A stretch of DNA of 60,381 nt, filler included, from Porpidia crustulata (lineage: Eukaryota): NCBI GenBank assembly GCA_964255105.1. It is 9 parts of 9 records of this genome, joined end to end, with 100 filler letters (N's around TTAATTAATTAA, not from the genome) between each part and the next. Parts side by side here need not be neighbours in the genome. Positions count along the whole stretch, not along the records: positions 33,621 to 40,240 come from CAXUWE010001496.1; positions 40,341 to 46,957 come from CAXUWE010001497.1; positions 47,058 to 53,670 come from CAXUWE010001498.1; 6 more parts are not named here. One strand, given 5' to 3'. The notes under the pieces are model-generated. The model did not search any database, had not been told where the DNA came from, and saw only the letters and a list, made by a program, of their open reading frames with translations. Made by a program: the position numbers and the translations under genes. Each line of letters starts with the position of its first letter. Within the stretch, counting starts at the first letter, position 1. Shown here in pieces: positions 36,601 through 51,488 of the stretch.

Positions 36601-37073
36601 TTTCCCAGTCGCCCGGAGTCAATGGCTCAATGTTGACCGTATGCGCCAAGGGTGGATCCAAGTGGAGCAAGACACCAACTCGTTGACCTTCCGTAAGTCC
36701 GATAGTTCTAGCGAACGTCGAATCAATCTCCACCACACTTGCGTCGACGAGACCCCCTTTGCTATTACTTCTACCGGTATTTGAAACTGCTTTCCTCTTG
36801 CTAGGCATGCCGGTCCAGCCAACGTATACCGAACGTTGGTATTCCTTGACCCCCGGAGACAACGGAGGGAGGTCCTTATACTGGAGTTCGACGATCGCAT
36901 TTTGAGCAGCCTAAATATCACATATCAACACCAAACTTGGCAATCAAATGCGGTTATGAGCTCACAGTATTTGCATTTACAAGTATTGCAACCAGCGGAC
37001 TTGGTAGGTTAACCAAGCAATTCTTGAGTTGCACCAAACCAATCTCTGCTTGTGTTGAGGCTCTTTTGGCCAT
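33621..37073 (-). CDS. PEX1: Peroxisomal AAA ATPase Pex1, 3' truncated
   Basis: N-domain LKNCLVNLP and EPLTPGDWEIIELHA; D1 GGLGSGKT; D2 GYPGCGKT, SVKGPEILNKYIGASE, RGHDSTGVTDRVVNQ; intron 36911-36965. Confidence 0.96.
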
Positions 37074-37271
37074 TGAAACTCGAAGTATCTTGGTCGTAGT
37101 TGGGATGTCGACAAATAGCAATTAGAGGCACCATTTCGCATCAGACAAGATGGTGTGCATGGACAATTTCGCTTTCCTTTTCCTTGTCATGTTGAACCGT
37201 TGAGCCGAGGCACGGTGTGAACGGGCGTGCTAACCCAACTAGGATTCAATTGATCATCAGAATCCGGGGTA

Positions 37272-37296
37272 ACGCGACGCGTTGAATTCGTCGCGT
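37272..37296. promoter_or_regulatory. Cluster of MCB-like elements (MBF sites) upstream of MCM7
   Basis: ACGCGA, ACGCGT and TCGCGT within 25 bp, about 110 bp upstream of the MCM7 ATG. Confidence 0.65.
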
Positions 37297-37406
37297 ACTT
37301 TCCACCGAAGCCCCCAGCGTCAATCTTTCAACCTATGTGCCTACGTACCTTCGACACTACCATCAATTCATAGCCCATACTACCACTGCAGAGAATCATC
37401 GCTGTA

Positions 37407-40064
37407 ATGTCATTCTATCCACTGCAGAATATTAGAATAGACTACAAGGCCCAATTGAGTACGCTTTATGGCTTGTGATGTAGTACAGAAGACTAATTCC
37501 GAGCAGGCGCATTCGAGGACTTTCTGACAGGCTTCAAGTCCACTGCCACTGATCTAGATCCTGCTGCAACAAACGCTCTAGAGCACCTCCATTTAGAGGA
37601 AGATGGCCTCAGCGATGAATATGACTTCATGGAGGACGCGGAAGATGGGAAGGCAGCAGGGCGAAGGCCAGGACAATACCCGTATCCGAAAAAGAAGTAT
37701 ATGGACATGTTGCAGAAAGTTGCAGATAGGAAATTATCGGAAGTGACAATTGAGCTGGATGACCTAGAAAACGTCAGTGAAGCACATGATTGACCATGCG
37801 CCGTCCGAACTAATATCATGCCTACAGTATGAGAAAAGTTATTCTGAGGAAATAAAGCTTAGGCTTGTAGAATCTATTGAACGAAACACAAAACACTACA
37901 TTGATCTCTTCTCTGAGGCTGTCGACAAAGCGATGCCAAAGGAAACGAAGGAAATAACGTAGGTCCAGAGTCTTGCAACACAGACGCAGCACCAAATTGA
38001 CCGTTTCAAGTTTCAAAGACGATGTACTTGACATCATCATGTCACAGCGCGAAAAGCGAAATGAAAGCGTAATGCTCGCAGCAGAAAACGATATGGACCC
38101 CTCGAGACCCGAAGCCATTTTTCCAGCCGAACTGACTCGACGCTACACTCTCGTCTTCAAGCCCCTAACGCCTTCAGGTTCGAGTAGCGACAGAAATCAA
38201 AAAGCACTTGCTGTCCGAAATGTACGAGGCGAGCACCTAGGTCATCTCATCACTGTACGAGGTATTACTACAAGGGTGTCTGACGTCAAGCCTGCGGTGT
38301 TGGTCAATGCATATACCTGCGATAGGTGTGGATGCGAGGTATTTCAACCTGTAACTTCCAAATCATTTACCCCTATGTTAGAATGTCCTTCAGATGATTG
38401 CAAGCAAAACAACTCCAAGGGTCAATTATTCCTTTCGACACGCGCGTCGAAGTTTTTGCCGTTCCAGGAAGTCAAGATCCAAGAAATGGCCGATCAAGTA
38501 CCCGTCGGTCATATTCCCCGAACTCTAACGGTGCACTGCCACGGCACTCTGACAAGACAAATAAACCCTGGAGACGTTATCGATGTGGCAGGCATATTTT
38601 TGCCAACGCCTTATACCGGTTTCAAGGCTATCCGCGCCGGCCTGCTCACAGATACCTACCTGGAAGCGATGCACGTTAACCAGCATAAAAAGGCATACGA
38701 TGATCTGGTTTTTGATGCAAAGACATTTCGGAGGATAGAACAATACAAGCATTCCGGTGCCATGTATGAATATCTAGCGAAGTCAATTGCACCAGAAATC
38801 TTCGGTCATCTAGATGTCAAGAAAGCCCTGCTCCTACTGCTAATTGGTGGTGTAACAAAAGAGATGGGCGATGGCATGCGGATACGAGGAGATATCAACA
38901 TATGCCTAATGGGTGACCCAGGTGTGGCTAAATCGCAGCTTCTCAAGTACATCACCAAGGTCGCCCCTCGAGGTGTATATACCACTGGACGAGGTAGCAG
39001 CGGCGTTGGCTTGACAGCCGCCGTGATGCGAGATCCTGTCACGGATGAGATGGTACTTGAAGGTGGCGCTCTTGTACTCGCCGATAACGGCATTTGCTGC
39101 ATTGACGAGTTTGATAAGATGGATGATGGAGATCGAACCGCTATCCACGAGGTCATGGAGCAGCAGACCATCTCCATCTCCAAAGCCGGCATTACCACAT
39201 CTCTCAACGCGCGAACGTCAATCCTAGCAGCCGCCAACCCTCTCTACGGTCGATACAATCCCCGAATATCCCCCGTCGAGAACATCAACCTCCCCGCCGC
39301 TCTCCTCTCCCGTTTCGACGTCCTCTTTCTAATGCTCGATCAACCCAACCGTGAATCGGACGAACAACTAGCGCAACACGTCACTTATGTGCACATGAAC
39401 AACAAGCATCCAGAAACCGAAGGCGTCATCTTCACCCCCCACGAAGTCCGCCAATACATCGCACAAGCCCGGAGCTGGCGCCCTGTCGTCCCCAAGGAAG
39501 TCTCGGAATACATGATCGGCGCCTACGTCAAGATGCGCCAGCAGCAGAAGAAAGACGAAGGCGGCAACAAGCACTTCACCCACACCTCCCCCCGGACCCT
39601 CCTCGGCATCGTCCGTCTCTCGCAAGCCCTCGCTCGCCTGCGCTTTTCGTCGCAAGTCGTCAGTGACGATGTCGACGAGGCGCTCCGATTGGTCGAAGTC
39701 AGCAAGGCAAGTTTGTACAATGACGCTCGCGGCGCGGCCGACCAGAGTCCCAGCAGCAAAATCTACCATTTGGTGCGTGCGATGAAGGAGAGCGGTGCCG
39801 CGGCGGTCGGGGATGGGAGCCGTGGCGAACTCAGCATCAAAAAGGTCCAGGAGAGGATCATTGCGAAGGGCTTCACGGCGGATCAATTCAGCCAGGCGTT
39901 GGATGAGTATGCGTTGCTTGATGTAAGTATTCTCCGCTAGCAACTATCAAAAAGAGGGTTTTAGCTGACGGTTGCGATAGGTCTGGCAGACGGCGGCAGA
40001 GGGGACGCGACTGGTGTTTATCGAGTCCGGGGAGAATGACGAAGACATGGATGATGATTTTTAG
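37407..40064 (+). CDS. MCM7: DNA replication licensing factor Mcm7
   Basis: AYTCDRCG zinc finger, [14 protein letters not shown], Walker [19 protein letters not shown], arginine finger SRFD; last exon 39981-40064. Confidence 0.97.
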
Positions 40065-40240
40065 AATTTGGCATGGCTTCTGGTGTTGGTCGAATTTATG
40101 CTATTGGGAAATGGCGCATGCTAGCTTGGAATATCTGCATACCTATTCGTTGTCGTTCGAAGATGAGAGATGAGGCAAAGGTAAATCGCCATTTAACCGC
40201 TTCCGCTCACATCCCCCTCTGATTCTACCACCAGTAGGAC

Positions 40241-40340
40241 NNNNNNNNNNNNNNNNNNNNNNNNNNNNNNNNNNNNNNNNNNNNTTAATTAATTAANNNN
40301 NNNNNNNNNNNNNNNNNNNNNNNNNNNNNNNNNNNNNNNN
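40241..40340. other. Artificial contig linker
   Basis: 44 N + TTAATTAATTAA + 44 N. Confidence 0.98.
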
Positions 40341-42319
40341 GAGGGAAATGCGGGAGCATTTGCAATAGGGATGACGTGGGATTTGTTGTGGCGGACATGG
40401 ACGGGGTTGGATTTGGCAAGGATGTCGAGGATATCGTGAAGTAGGATGATGGGGAAGTTGCTATCGGTCGGATTGAAGCTGGAATGCGAGTTCATGGACG
40501 TAGCGGCTGCGGATATGGAAATTCCGAGGCCTTGGTTCATGGTTGGGTCGTTGGTACTACTGGTGAGATGAAGGGAACGGACCTAGTTGATATGTTGATA
40601 TATATCAAATGGGTCCCATCAAAGTTAAACCAGGGTTTAGTGAAGCTTATCAGATTTCAAGCTGGCTTTGCAAGTTGCAATTTTTGGAGGTTCAAATGGA
40701 GAATGAGCGGCAGAAGAAGTGCTTCGACAATGCCTTCGCGACTATTTCTGATGCGCAGAGCTGTAGGAGACGTTACAGATGCCTTCCTGGCGAAGAGTCT
40801 TCAGGGATGGTGCTTGCTGAGGAGAATTGGCTCCTATTGGCAACACTCCTTCCACAGCTCCAAAAATTCTCCCGTATCTATGTTACAGCTAACCCAGATT
40901 GAAAAGCAGCTCATACTTATAATAGAAATCGAAGCGATTCTGAGACTTGTATTTCTCGGATACACTCAACTTGGTGACCGGCACGCTTCAGCTGCGAAGG
41001 AAGGAATTCAATGGTCCTCTCGGTTGGTGGGGATCCTGCTGTATTTTGATTCAGGACTACGGCGAGAGAAAGATAAGGTAGTCTGAGATAGGTTGGGATT
41101 GGACATTGGACTGTGTATGTGTGAGAGTGACTTCTGATTGGTTCAAGTCATCGAGGGCCTTAGACTTTCCCCACATTCGGCTAACGGCAAACGACTAGAG
41201 TACACTAGCGACGGAAGGGACGGACGCCGATCGCGGAACGGGGTTCTGGGGCGGAACACTCCTTACTGGCCTCCCCTCGGCTTTATAGGAACATCACCGA
41301 CGACGGCGCTCATCGTTGTCTTCCTCTCATGGAAGTTCTATCGCTAGCATGATCTAACGGCAGTATGGAGTAATCTCAATTTTGCGAGTCCGTGGTGCAC
41401 AGACCCCCTTGAGAGAAATATATTCCCCGGTATCCCGTCTCTTGGATCACCACATCCGCTCCTACGCAAGGTAGATCGTTGTCAAGTGTCTGACCCATGG
41501 ATATGCCTGGCGATTTCGGAATGCTTACCTGGCTTTTGCCCGCGACTTTGTTGTTCAGTCTTGGATATTCGCTTGGCCTCCGCCATTGTTATCCCACAAT
41601 CTTCCTTTATGGTGCAGAAGCTCAGCAATCAAGTGAACCGCGGTATACCTAACGTAGCCCTCCCTTCCGTGGACCATCAGATGCAGTGCCAGATCCCTCG
41701 CGTGGGTTATGCATCCCCTTGTGAGATAAGATATCCGCTTTCCGGATTCCTTGCATATGCACGGGCATGCAGAGACGCGACGTGCGCGTGTGATCATGGA
41801 TCAGGCCGTGACGGTAATATTCGATGTTATGAGCGGATTTTTTGTTCTTGTGCGACATTTCGCAAAGGAGGTCCGGAACTGTGGAGCTGCTGTCCGGAAC
41901 TTCGTCCGACTTGACCTTTCCAGGCGTTGGGAGTAATAATCTCGGAATCGGTTCGAGTTGAGAGGGTCCGGACCTGGCTTGACTCTAGCGGATTTGCGCT
42001 GTATGTAACGTATTAGTAGAACATAAGGACGGTCTAGCGGATTCGGACTATATATAATGTATGAATAGAACATGAGGACGGGCAGGCAATCAAGAGTGGA
42101 GCTGAGGTACATCAGACACCGTTAAGATGATATTATAGGTGACGTAACGTTAGCCGAGTATATCAGAAGTGGTGCATATATGATAAGATTCGTACATTAT
42201 GGCTGCATGAAAAGCCCACCGTATCGCATGCCCCGGTAATGATCTGAGATCTGATCAGTCCGACACGCTCGACAAATTGCAATACTGCTGGGATAGGTGA
42301 ATTAGCGAACTGCCTTCGA

Positions 42320-44025
42320 TTAGTATCCAAATCTGAATCCTGGGTGGTCGTCTCCCATATTCTCCAACTCTTCTCTGGGTAAATTGAATCTGTAGTCCCG
42401 GCCACCCCGGTCGCGCTTTCTGTTCTCCAACCAAAGACCGACGAAGAATACCGTACAAGCAAACCCTGAGAGCCACATTAGAGCCAGGGAGACGCCGTAG
42501 CCGACAGGATAAACAGGCGCTTCTTCCGTAATGTAAATGTTGCTGGCAACAAGGCCGGCGCAACTGCCAAAGCCAATCTGCATTGCCGCACATGTACTTT
42601 TTTTATAATGCCCACCCATGCTGTTATTGAGCCAGACCAAGATGATCGGCTGCGCGATATAACATCCAACTGTGATAAGGTAGATGGCAAAGTATCGTCC
42701 TATAACCGGGACGCCCTTCTGCGCGAGCAACATTACGTATCCGATTGTAGCTATGGAGATGCCAGCCATGATGAACGCATAGCGATGGCGTAAGAGGTCG
42801 GTGCAGACCGCTGTAATGAGGATAACGACAAAAGCGGCAACATATATAGGTATGGACATGACCTGCGCATGTACAGAGGTCCACCCTAGTTCGTTGAGGA
42901 TTGTGGGAATGAAATACGACGTGCTATACCCAGTATTCGTAATACCGAGATACATGATGATGCTAAGCTACTAGTCAGCGTCTGTACAGAGAGCATTTCC
43001 TAGGATACGGAACAACCATACCCCAAGTAAATCTTCCAGTCACCAAAGATCCGTCGTCTCGCCTTCTTGTCCAGGCGGTCCATCCTTGCTTCTTCAAATT
43101 CTTCGGAAAGGCGTCGAAGAAGCAGCTGGCGTTCTTCGACATTCAGAAATTTGGAGGTCTCAGGCCAATCGACAATAAAAGCTTTGGCAATAAGCGCAAC
43201 GATTATTGTGACTAGACCCTCGATGATGAAAATCCAGCGCCATCCGTTGAAATCAGCAATGCCTGCCATTTTTGCCAGAGCATATGCAAGAAGCTACGAA
43301 GACGTGAGAATTCAACCATGCTAGCGAAAGAGCCATACTCACCCCACTGAACGCACCGGACAGGACGGTGACGGAGAAGAAGATGCTGAATCTCCATTGT
43401 AACTCATAACGTCGATAATACATCGAGATTAAGTATATACAGCCTGTTTTGATTAGGAAATACCCGTTTCCAAAGAAAAAGGGTTCGCTCACCGGGGAAA
43501 AAGCCAGCTTCAAAGAATCCGAGAAGACATCTACAGACTAGGAGACCAGCAAAACTTTGAGTAAGCCCCATACAGATGGTGATGATGCCTAAGTCTCGGT
43601 TTTAGCAAGGACATTGCCTCATGAAAGGTTATGAGATAGGTCTTACCCCAGCAAACCATGAGGAAACTCAACCAGGTGGACGGCGCTAGCTTTCTGATTA
43701 TAATGTTGCTTGGTACTTCAAAGAGGATGTAAGGGACGAAGAAGACGAGGAGCGCAATGTTGTAGTCGTTCCCCTTCATGTTAAGGTCTTTTTCCAGCCC
43801 TTGGATGCGTGCATTGCCAATATTGATCCGATCGATGAATGCCAGCATGTAAAGAATGGATATCATGGGTAGTACATGAAGGTCACATTTCCACAGCAAC
43901 TTTTTCTGAGCCACTTGATCCATGGGTTCAAGATTGCAACTGTGCCTAACTTCGCAATCGCTACTCTTAGTAGAAGACCCTTCAACCAAAGCTGGTTTCT
44001 CAAGGTCTTTACGTGTACTATCCAT
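42320..44025 (-). CDS. MFS transporter, anion:cation symporter (Dal5/Tna1-like) family
   Basis: KCDLHVLP, FIDRINIGNARIQG, FEVPSN, GFFEAGFFPG, GWRWIFIIEG and C-terminal GDDHPGFRF; several introns. Confidence 0.93.
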
Positions 44026-45424
44026 TCTGAGGGCCTAGGTACAAAAGATTGATGGGAAAATAATAAGCTCCCGTATTCCGAGACGTAGAAATGCAAGGCT
44101 TGGTAAGGCGATTTGTTTTAGAAGAGAAAATGGTACATGTGTTGTATTTGCGACAGCAATTTTCAAGGAGCTAAATGAATGATCAAGATGGACTTGGGGT
44201 ATTCCGTTTCTCGTATATAAAAAGACAAATGCTATATGTAAGTTATTTTCGTCGATAGCATTCCAGATCAAGTTCCGAACTCCGGTAAACGTCGTACGAG
44301 AAAACAAAGTAAACAACTTGGCGTTTTTGAGAGATATTCGAAGCACCATGTGGTCATAACTTTGGCCTCTCGATACTAGCGGACCTCAACGGTAAGGGAA
44401 GGCGGTAGGTATGTAGTGGTTAGTTGACGCGGATACACACAGTAAGCCATCAACGTTCACCCAGAATGGGGATAGATTTCCTGCAAGGCTTCTCTCGCGT
44501 GCTGCAGGCGCGGGCAAGCTTCAATGGTAACACCGCCGTCTTATCTGCGATTTCCAATTCGTTTCCCTCAAAACTGTACAGAGTCTGTACAACATGGTGT
44601 TCAGTTGTGCGAAAGGTCCAAGACTTTATCACAAAAGCCTAAAATAACACCCAAGATACACATGAGATATAGATATGTTAGACGTTTTCCAGCCCTAAAC
44701 CCCATGAGAAGTTCAGATTGATTGGAGCAGCATCAAAGGAGTGTTGTATAACGCTATCCACGAAGCTGCATCAGCCCCTTGAGCAAGTGTGTGGCATGTC
44801 GATCTAGCTGCCCAATGACAAGTCACCTTCTATAGTGATATAAGATTGATAATAGAAGACCATAGTAGACTCTGTTGCAAATCCGGCTGGGCAGGAGCTA
44901 TCATGGAACACGGCACACCGTAGATGGTCGGTCATTGTAGATTGAGCCAACCCAGATGCCGAAAATTGAGGACTGAAGAACATCGACCATCAAGTGGCGC
45001 TCCAAGGTGCAGCATATCGATCACCAATCCCAGAGATCTTGACCTGGAGGCCTTGGTGGCAGGGGTTCGCAGCGCGCCATCACATCAGTGCACTGCGAAG
45101 ATCAACCTTCTTCTGTTCTTCTGCATGCCGCCGACATATCTCACTCTAATTCCTGGCTGGCCAATAAGTAGAAAGTAGTGAGTATATAGATTGGAGGGAC
45201 AAGAACCAACAATATCGAGGCGCTACTAAGAAGAAAAGGATATCCCTGTGCGGATCATTGAACGCTTATCGTAAAATAGCTCCCGATGGGACTACCCGTC
45301 CCTCCCTTGTCCAGATCCACATCCATGACGCTTCCAGTGACATGATTCGAATCACCTTTCTCTGTGCAACAACACCTCTTCGCGAAGGTTTTTATTGTTT
45401 TGGACTCGTACCAAGTCTCCAATC

Positions 45425-46957
<1,533 letters not shown>

Positions 46958-47057
46958 NNNNNNNNNNNNNNNNNNNNNNNNNNNNNNNNNNNNNNNNNNN
47001 NTTAATTAATTAANNNNNNNNNNNNNNNNNNNNNNNNNNNNNNNNNNNNNNNNNNNN
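46958..47057. other. Artificial contig linker
   Basis: 44 N + TTAATTAATTAA + 44 N. Confidence 0.98.
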
Positions 47058-48042
47058 GGCCGATGTCCCATCTTCCAAAGGAAAAGGCAAGTAGGACCAA
47101 GCCGATCACGAGGATCCGTCGGGGTATTCGGCGCGTCCGGGCCAAGCCGGCGATGGTGACGAAGAGCACCATGGACGAGTAGAATTCCGTTTCGATGGTC
47201 CAGAGCTGCGGGGCGTAGTCGGCTGTCGTCCGGTTCGGATGCGGGGGAAACCACATATCCGGGTAATACAGGCGGGTAAATAAATATCTAGTCCAATCGC
47301 AGAATTGGCGCCAGAACGATTCGAAACGGGCGGGGTGTTCGCGAACGAAGGCCGGGTTCTCACGGAGGGCGTAGATGTGATCGTACAGCTGGAGCCGGAC
47401 CATGACCATGATGATGAAAGTGGCGAGCGTCGTCGGTGCGAACAGGCGTATCGCGCGGCGGAAGATGGAGCTCGTGAGGGAGGTGGAGAAGTGCGCCCAG
47501 TCGCGGGACCGGATGAGGGCGAGCGGTTTCAGGGAGAGCGCGCAGCCGGAGGTAACGAAGAAGACGCAGACCATGGGGCTGCCGGCGTAGAGAAGCCGGA
47601 TGATGGGGAGTTGCCAGAGCGAGGAGCTGGTTGATGGGACCGAGCCGTACGAGTCGAGCATGCCGCATTGGTAGGGGGCGGAGAAGTGGTCGATGAAGAC
47701 TATGAAGGCGGCGATACCGCGTAGGCCGTTGAGGTAGGCTGTGGGGGAGTTGGCGGGCTTGGCAAGGGTCGAGGAGGGCGGAGAGGTGATGAAATGATGG
47801 AAGGGGCTGGGGGTGACGGCGACGAGGAGAATGAAGAGGACTGCTTTCAGCTTTTTGAAACCTTTCTGGAATGGGGTTGAAGCTTCTGATGAAGAGGCAT
47901 GCTTGGGATAGCCATCGTCGCTGTCAATGTTGCCGGTACTTTCTAAATCTTCTCTGTCTTCCAATTTCTCGTAGTTGGGTGACAATCCAGGCCCTTCTCC
48001 TATGTGAACGCTTCTTCCTGTTGCAAAGCGCCATATCCACAT
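47058..48042 (-). CDS. Acyltransferase_3 (OafA-like) membrane O-acyltransferase, 3' truncated
   Basis: AYLNGLRGIAAFIVFIDH, VFFVTSG, FRRAIRL and LWTIETEFYSSM motifs; multiple TM segments. Confidence 0.88.
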
Positions 48043-48497
48043 AGCTTAACCAAAATCAGTTGTATTCGATTTCGATTTCGACTTTGATGGACAATTTGGA
48101 TAATTCAATCCATGGACTGCCATCCGGTCAGCAAGCGGTAAGTACAGCATTTCTCCCAGTATCGTCTGTGTAAATGAATATGACCCAGAGGAAGGTGGTT
48201 GCGACGGAATTATGCCATTACATGACACCTTGTTGATGTTCGGAACTGCTCGAGCTCAGATTGGCTGGAATTATCGTCGTTCCGCGAATCAGACGAGCTT
48301 GTGCATATGCGCACTATCTCTTTGCTTTTGCCTAAAGTCTGAGGCGGCACGTACGTGTTAGAGTAGTGTCCTGGATGTGTGCTCTCCCAGGTACTACCAG
48401 TGTCTGTATGACAACTCACTTCAAGAGCAGTTTGTTTCGTCCTAGAACCGAGTGCGAGAAATAATCCGAAACGCGGCGAAGAAATGGTCAGCGAAGC

Positions 48498-49145
48498 ATG
48501 ACGGATCCAGACATCCACTTTCATCCGTTTCCCCGTCTGCCCACCGAGCTGCGTCTCAAGATCTGGTCCCTCGCTCTAGCTAGCACGCGCCGTACGGTGG
48601 AAGTAACGTGCGCGAAAGGCATCCAGCCAGGAAACACGCGATATGTCAAATCGTTCGCCTCCACCACTCAAGTCCCCACCCTCATGCGAGTGAACCGCGA
48701 AGCCCGCTACGAGGCTCTCTCCATCTACAAGCCGTACTTCAAAACCAAGCACCGCCCCACAGGCATATATGTCGCTTTCGACCGAGACACGATCGTGTTC
48801 CCCGAGGGGGTCATCAGCTACCTACAAGAAAACGAGCTCCAGGGGATCCAGTCGATGGTGTTGGAGATGAGGGACTATGCGTATTTCGGCCACTTCAATA
48901 TGGATATCCTACGGGGCATGCGTGAGCTCAGTAAGCTGGAGCTACGGGTGGCGAAGGGGGGAGAATCGAGGTGGGACGGTGGAGACTTCATGTCGATCTT
49001 GGTGAACGACTTCAGAGACGCAGAAGAGATGCATCCGGAATGGCAGATGCCATACATCAAGATTGTATCGAAGCATACTGGCGCCGCTACTACGTTTTAT
49101 GGGAAGAGGACGCGTGTGAATAATGAGGTGGATGAGACAAGGTGA
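48498..49145 (+). CDS. 2EXR-domain protein
   Basis: FHPFPRLPTELRLKIW and a second ExR motif LMRVNREARYEAL; YVAFDRDTIVF. Confidence 0.85.
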   Translation: MTDPDIHFHPFPRLPTELRLKIWSLALASTRRTVEVTCAKGIQPGNTRYVKSFASTTQVPTLMRVNREARYEALSIYKPYFKTKHRPTGIYVAFDRDTIVFPEGVISYLQENELQGIQSMVLEMRDYAYFGHFNMDILRGMRELSKLELRVAKGGESRWDGGDFMSILVNDFRDAEEMHPEWQMPYIKIVSKHTGAATTFYGKRTRVNNEVDETR

Positions 49146-49294
49146 CCGCAGTACTCCAGTCGATAGCTCAAAACAATGCATGGTAATCTTATGTATCGAG
49201 TGTGATTAAATACCGCCCAAGGTTTGCTCGCAATGTAATATATAACCTAACTACAACTACAGTATTGGTATCATGTCCCACTCTTCGTGCACAC

Positions 49295-51102
49295 CTATCT
49301 CACCATCCGCCCAACCCATCCTACTGCGTCTCTCATGAACCCCGACCTACGAAGCCCAAACGTGCCTAACCCCCCTAAACCCACAAGCCCCATTCCTAGT
49401 ACAGCAAGGAGGATTTTCCCTTGCTTCTGCACGGCATTCTCGACCTCGCTGTACCGCTCATTCTCGAAACTGACTCGGCTGTACTGCGTACTCCACCCCA
49501 GTCCAGGAAGCCACGTATTCACGCTCTCTTCGACCCATTTTCTGATCTTGTATAGCGGGCGCACGACACTCGAGCGCATCTCTTCGTAATTGCGTAACGC
49601 GAGGTCGTTGATCGTGTGTGCGTCGGGGGTGCGGTGGGCTGTGTACGCTGCTAATGCTTTGCCTCGTGCTTCGGCTCTTGCTGAGGGCTCTTGATATCCG
49701 TGGATTTTGTGGTCGTCAAGGAAATCAAAAAGGACACGCACGTCTTCAAGCCCGGCATTCATGCCTTGTCCATAGAAGGGCACCATAGCGTGAGCGGCGT
49801 CGCCGAGGATCACGACGCTAGAATCGTAATGATAAGGGGTGCATTTGATCGATATGAGAGGTAGGTGCGGGTTTTGACGGAATTGTTTTTGCAAATCTTC
49901 GGTTGAGATGAGATCAGGACAAACACCAGAGAAGTTCTTTTGGAAAAAGGGGAGGAGTTCTGACTCAGGAGATGCCGAAATGGACTCGAAGTAAGATGAT
50001 GGTGCGAAGAGGGTACAGGTAAACGATTTGTCAAGCGAGGGAATGGCGATGAACATGAAGGACCTGCCGGGCCAGATATGGAGATGGTTAGGAGAGATTG
50101 CGAAAGTGGAGTCTTTGGGGCAGATGTGGAACTCGCACCAAAGCGTGTCGATATATTCTTGTTGGTACGTAAGGCGAGCGTATTTCATCATGTGGTAGCG
50201 GGCAGCGGAGTGGGCACCATCGGCTCCTATCAAAAGGTCGAAATCCACAGAAATTTCAGACGCTCTATTTTGCTCCTTATTCTTAGTTTTTTTCTGGGTT
50301 GGGTTTTGAGCACAATCTGTTGTGGGAGCTTGATGATGTTGCTCGAACCAAGCCGTTCTTTTGTTGAAGTCTGCACCTGTAAGCTTGTGATTGAAGTGCA
50401 AATTTACATTAGGCATTTTCTCGAGCGAATCCAGGAGGCTTTTGTTGAGACCTGCGCGATCTACCGCTTTGATGTACTAGAATCCTTGATCAGGTCTGAG
50501 TTATATTAATCGCTAGTGGAGGAACGTACTCTACCATGTGCATCATACGCTTGAGATTCTTCATATAGGTTACCCGTCTTCCTCCGTCCATGAATCATGC
50601 GGCCATGCATTGGAATGGTTTCTTGGAGGATATCATCGAGGAGGCCATCAAAGTTCGCATGCTTCATGGAATTAATGCCTCGTTCGGATAGCGCTAGATT
50701 GATTGACTTTGTGAAATTTAAGGGGGTCGTCGAAGGGTCACGAAGATCTATTGAAAATTCAGCGAATCCGCAGAAATAGTTTATTCGACTTATAAGACAC
50801 AGAAGACACCTCATCCACTAGACCATTGCTTTTCGAGGGTCTTGATGACGTGCTGATTATCTTTTCGGCAGATAATTATATTGGAAACAGTTGCGCTTTA
50901 TAAGACTACGAGATCATACAACAGAACAGTAGAGAACCAGAAATATAAATACGGTAGATTATATTGTATTGAAAGACCCACCTGCTCGAAGCTCATAAAC
51001 TTCAACATCGTCGCCTCTTTGAGCGGCATACAATGCAGCGAGGGCGCCTACAGGCCCTGCACCTACAACGATGACCTTCTGCTTGTTAGATTTGGTCGAC
51101 AT
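49295..51102 (-). CDS. BNA4: Kynurenine 3-monooxygenase
   Basis: Exon 1 50982-51102 with [11 protein letters not shown] motif; intron 50748-50981; [47 protein letters not shown]-terminal TM anchor. Confidence 0.96.
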
Positions 51103-51488
51103 TGAATATCAAGTAACAGAAATACTCAGGATGACTCTATGTGAGTAGAACAGGGAAATCTAAATCCTTTCCTCCAAGGGATTTCGTGACTGCTGATGAT
51201 GACATTTGCCCTAATCAACTAGAGTGACTAGTTGATCTAAAAGCTCAAGCGGATGAGAGTAAGGTTCGCAAGGCTGACTCACGGACATAGATTTAGGCTC
51301 AAACTGGTGGATATAACCCTAACCCTAGACCTACTGTTCCGTCGATTTATTGGAAATAACAAGGGTAAGCATAATTCTTTTCCAAGTGCTCTTCTTCAAA
51401 TCACTGGCAGGTCAGTGGGAGATTGGAAGCGAGTATTTATACAGAGGACCTCCACGATCTACGCGTAAGTGGAGAGTTGGTGCCAAGA

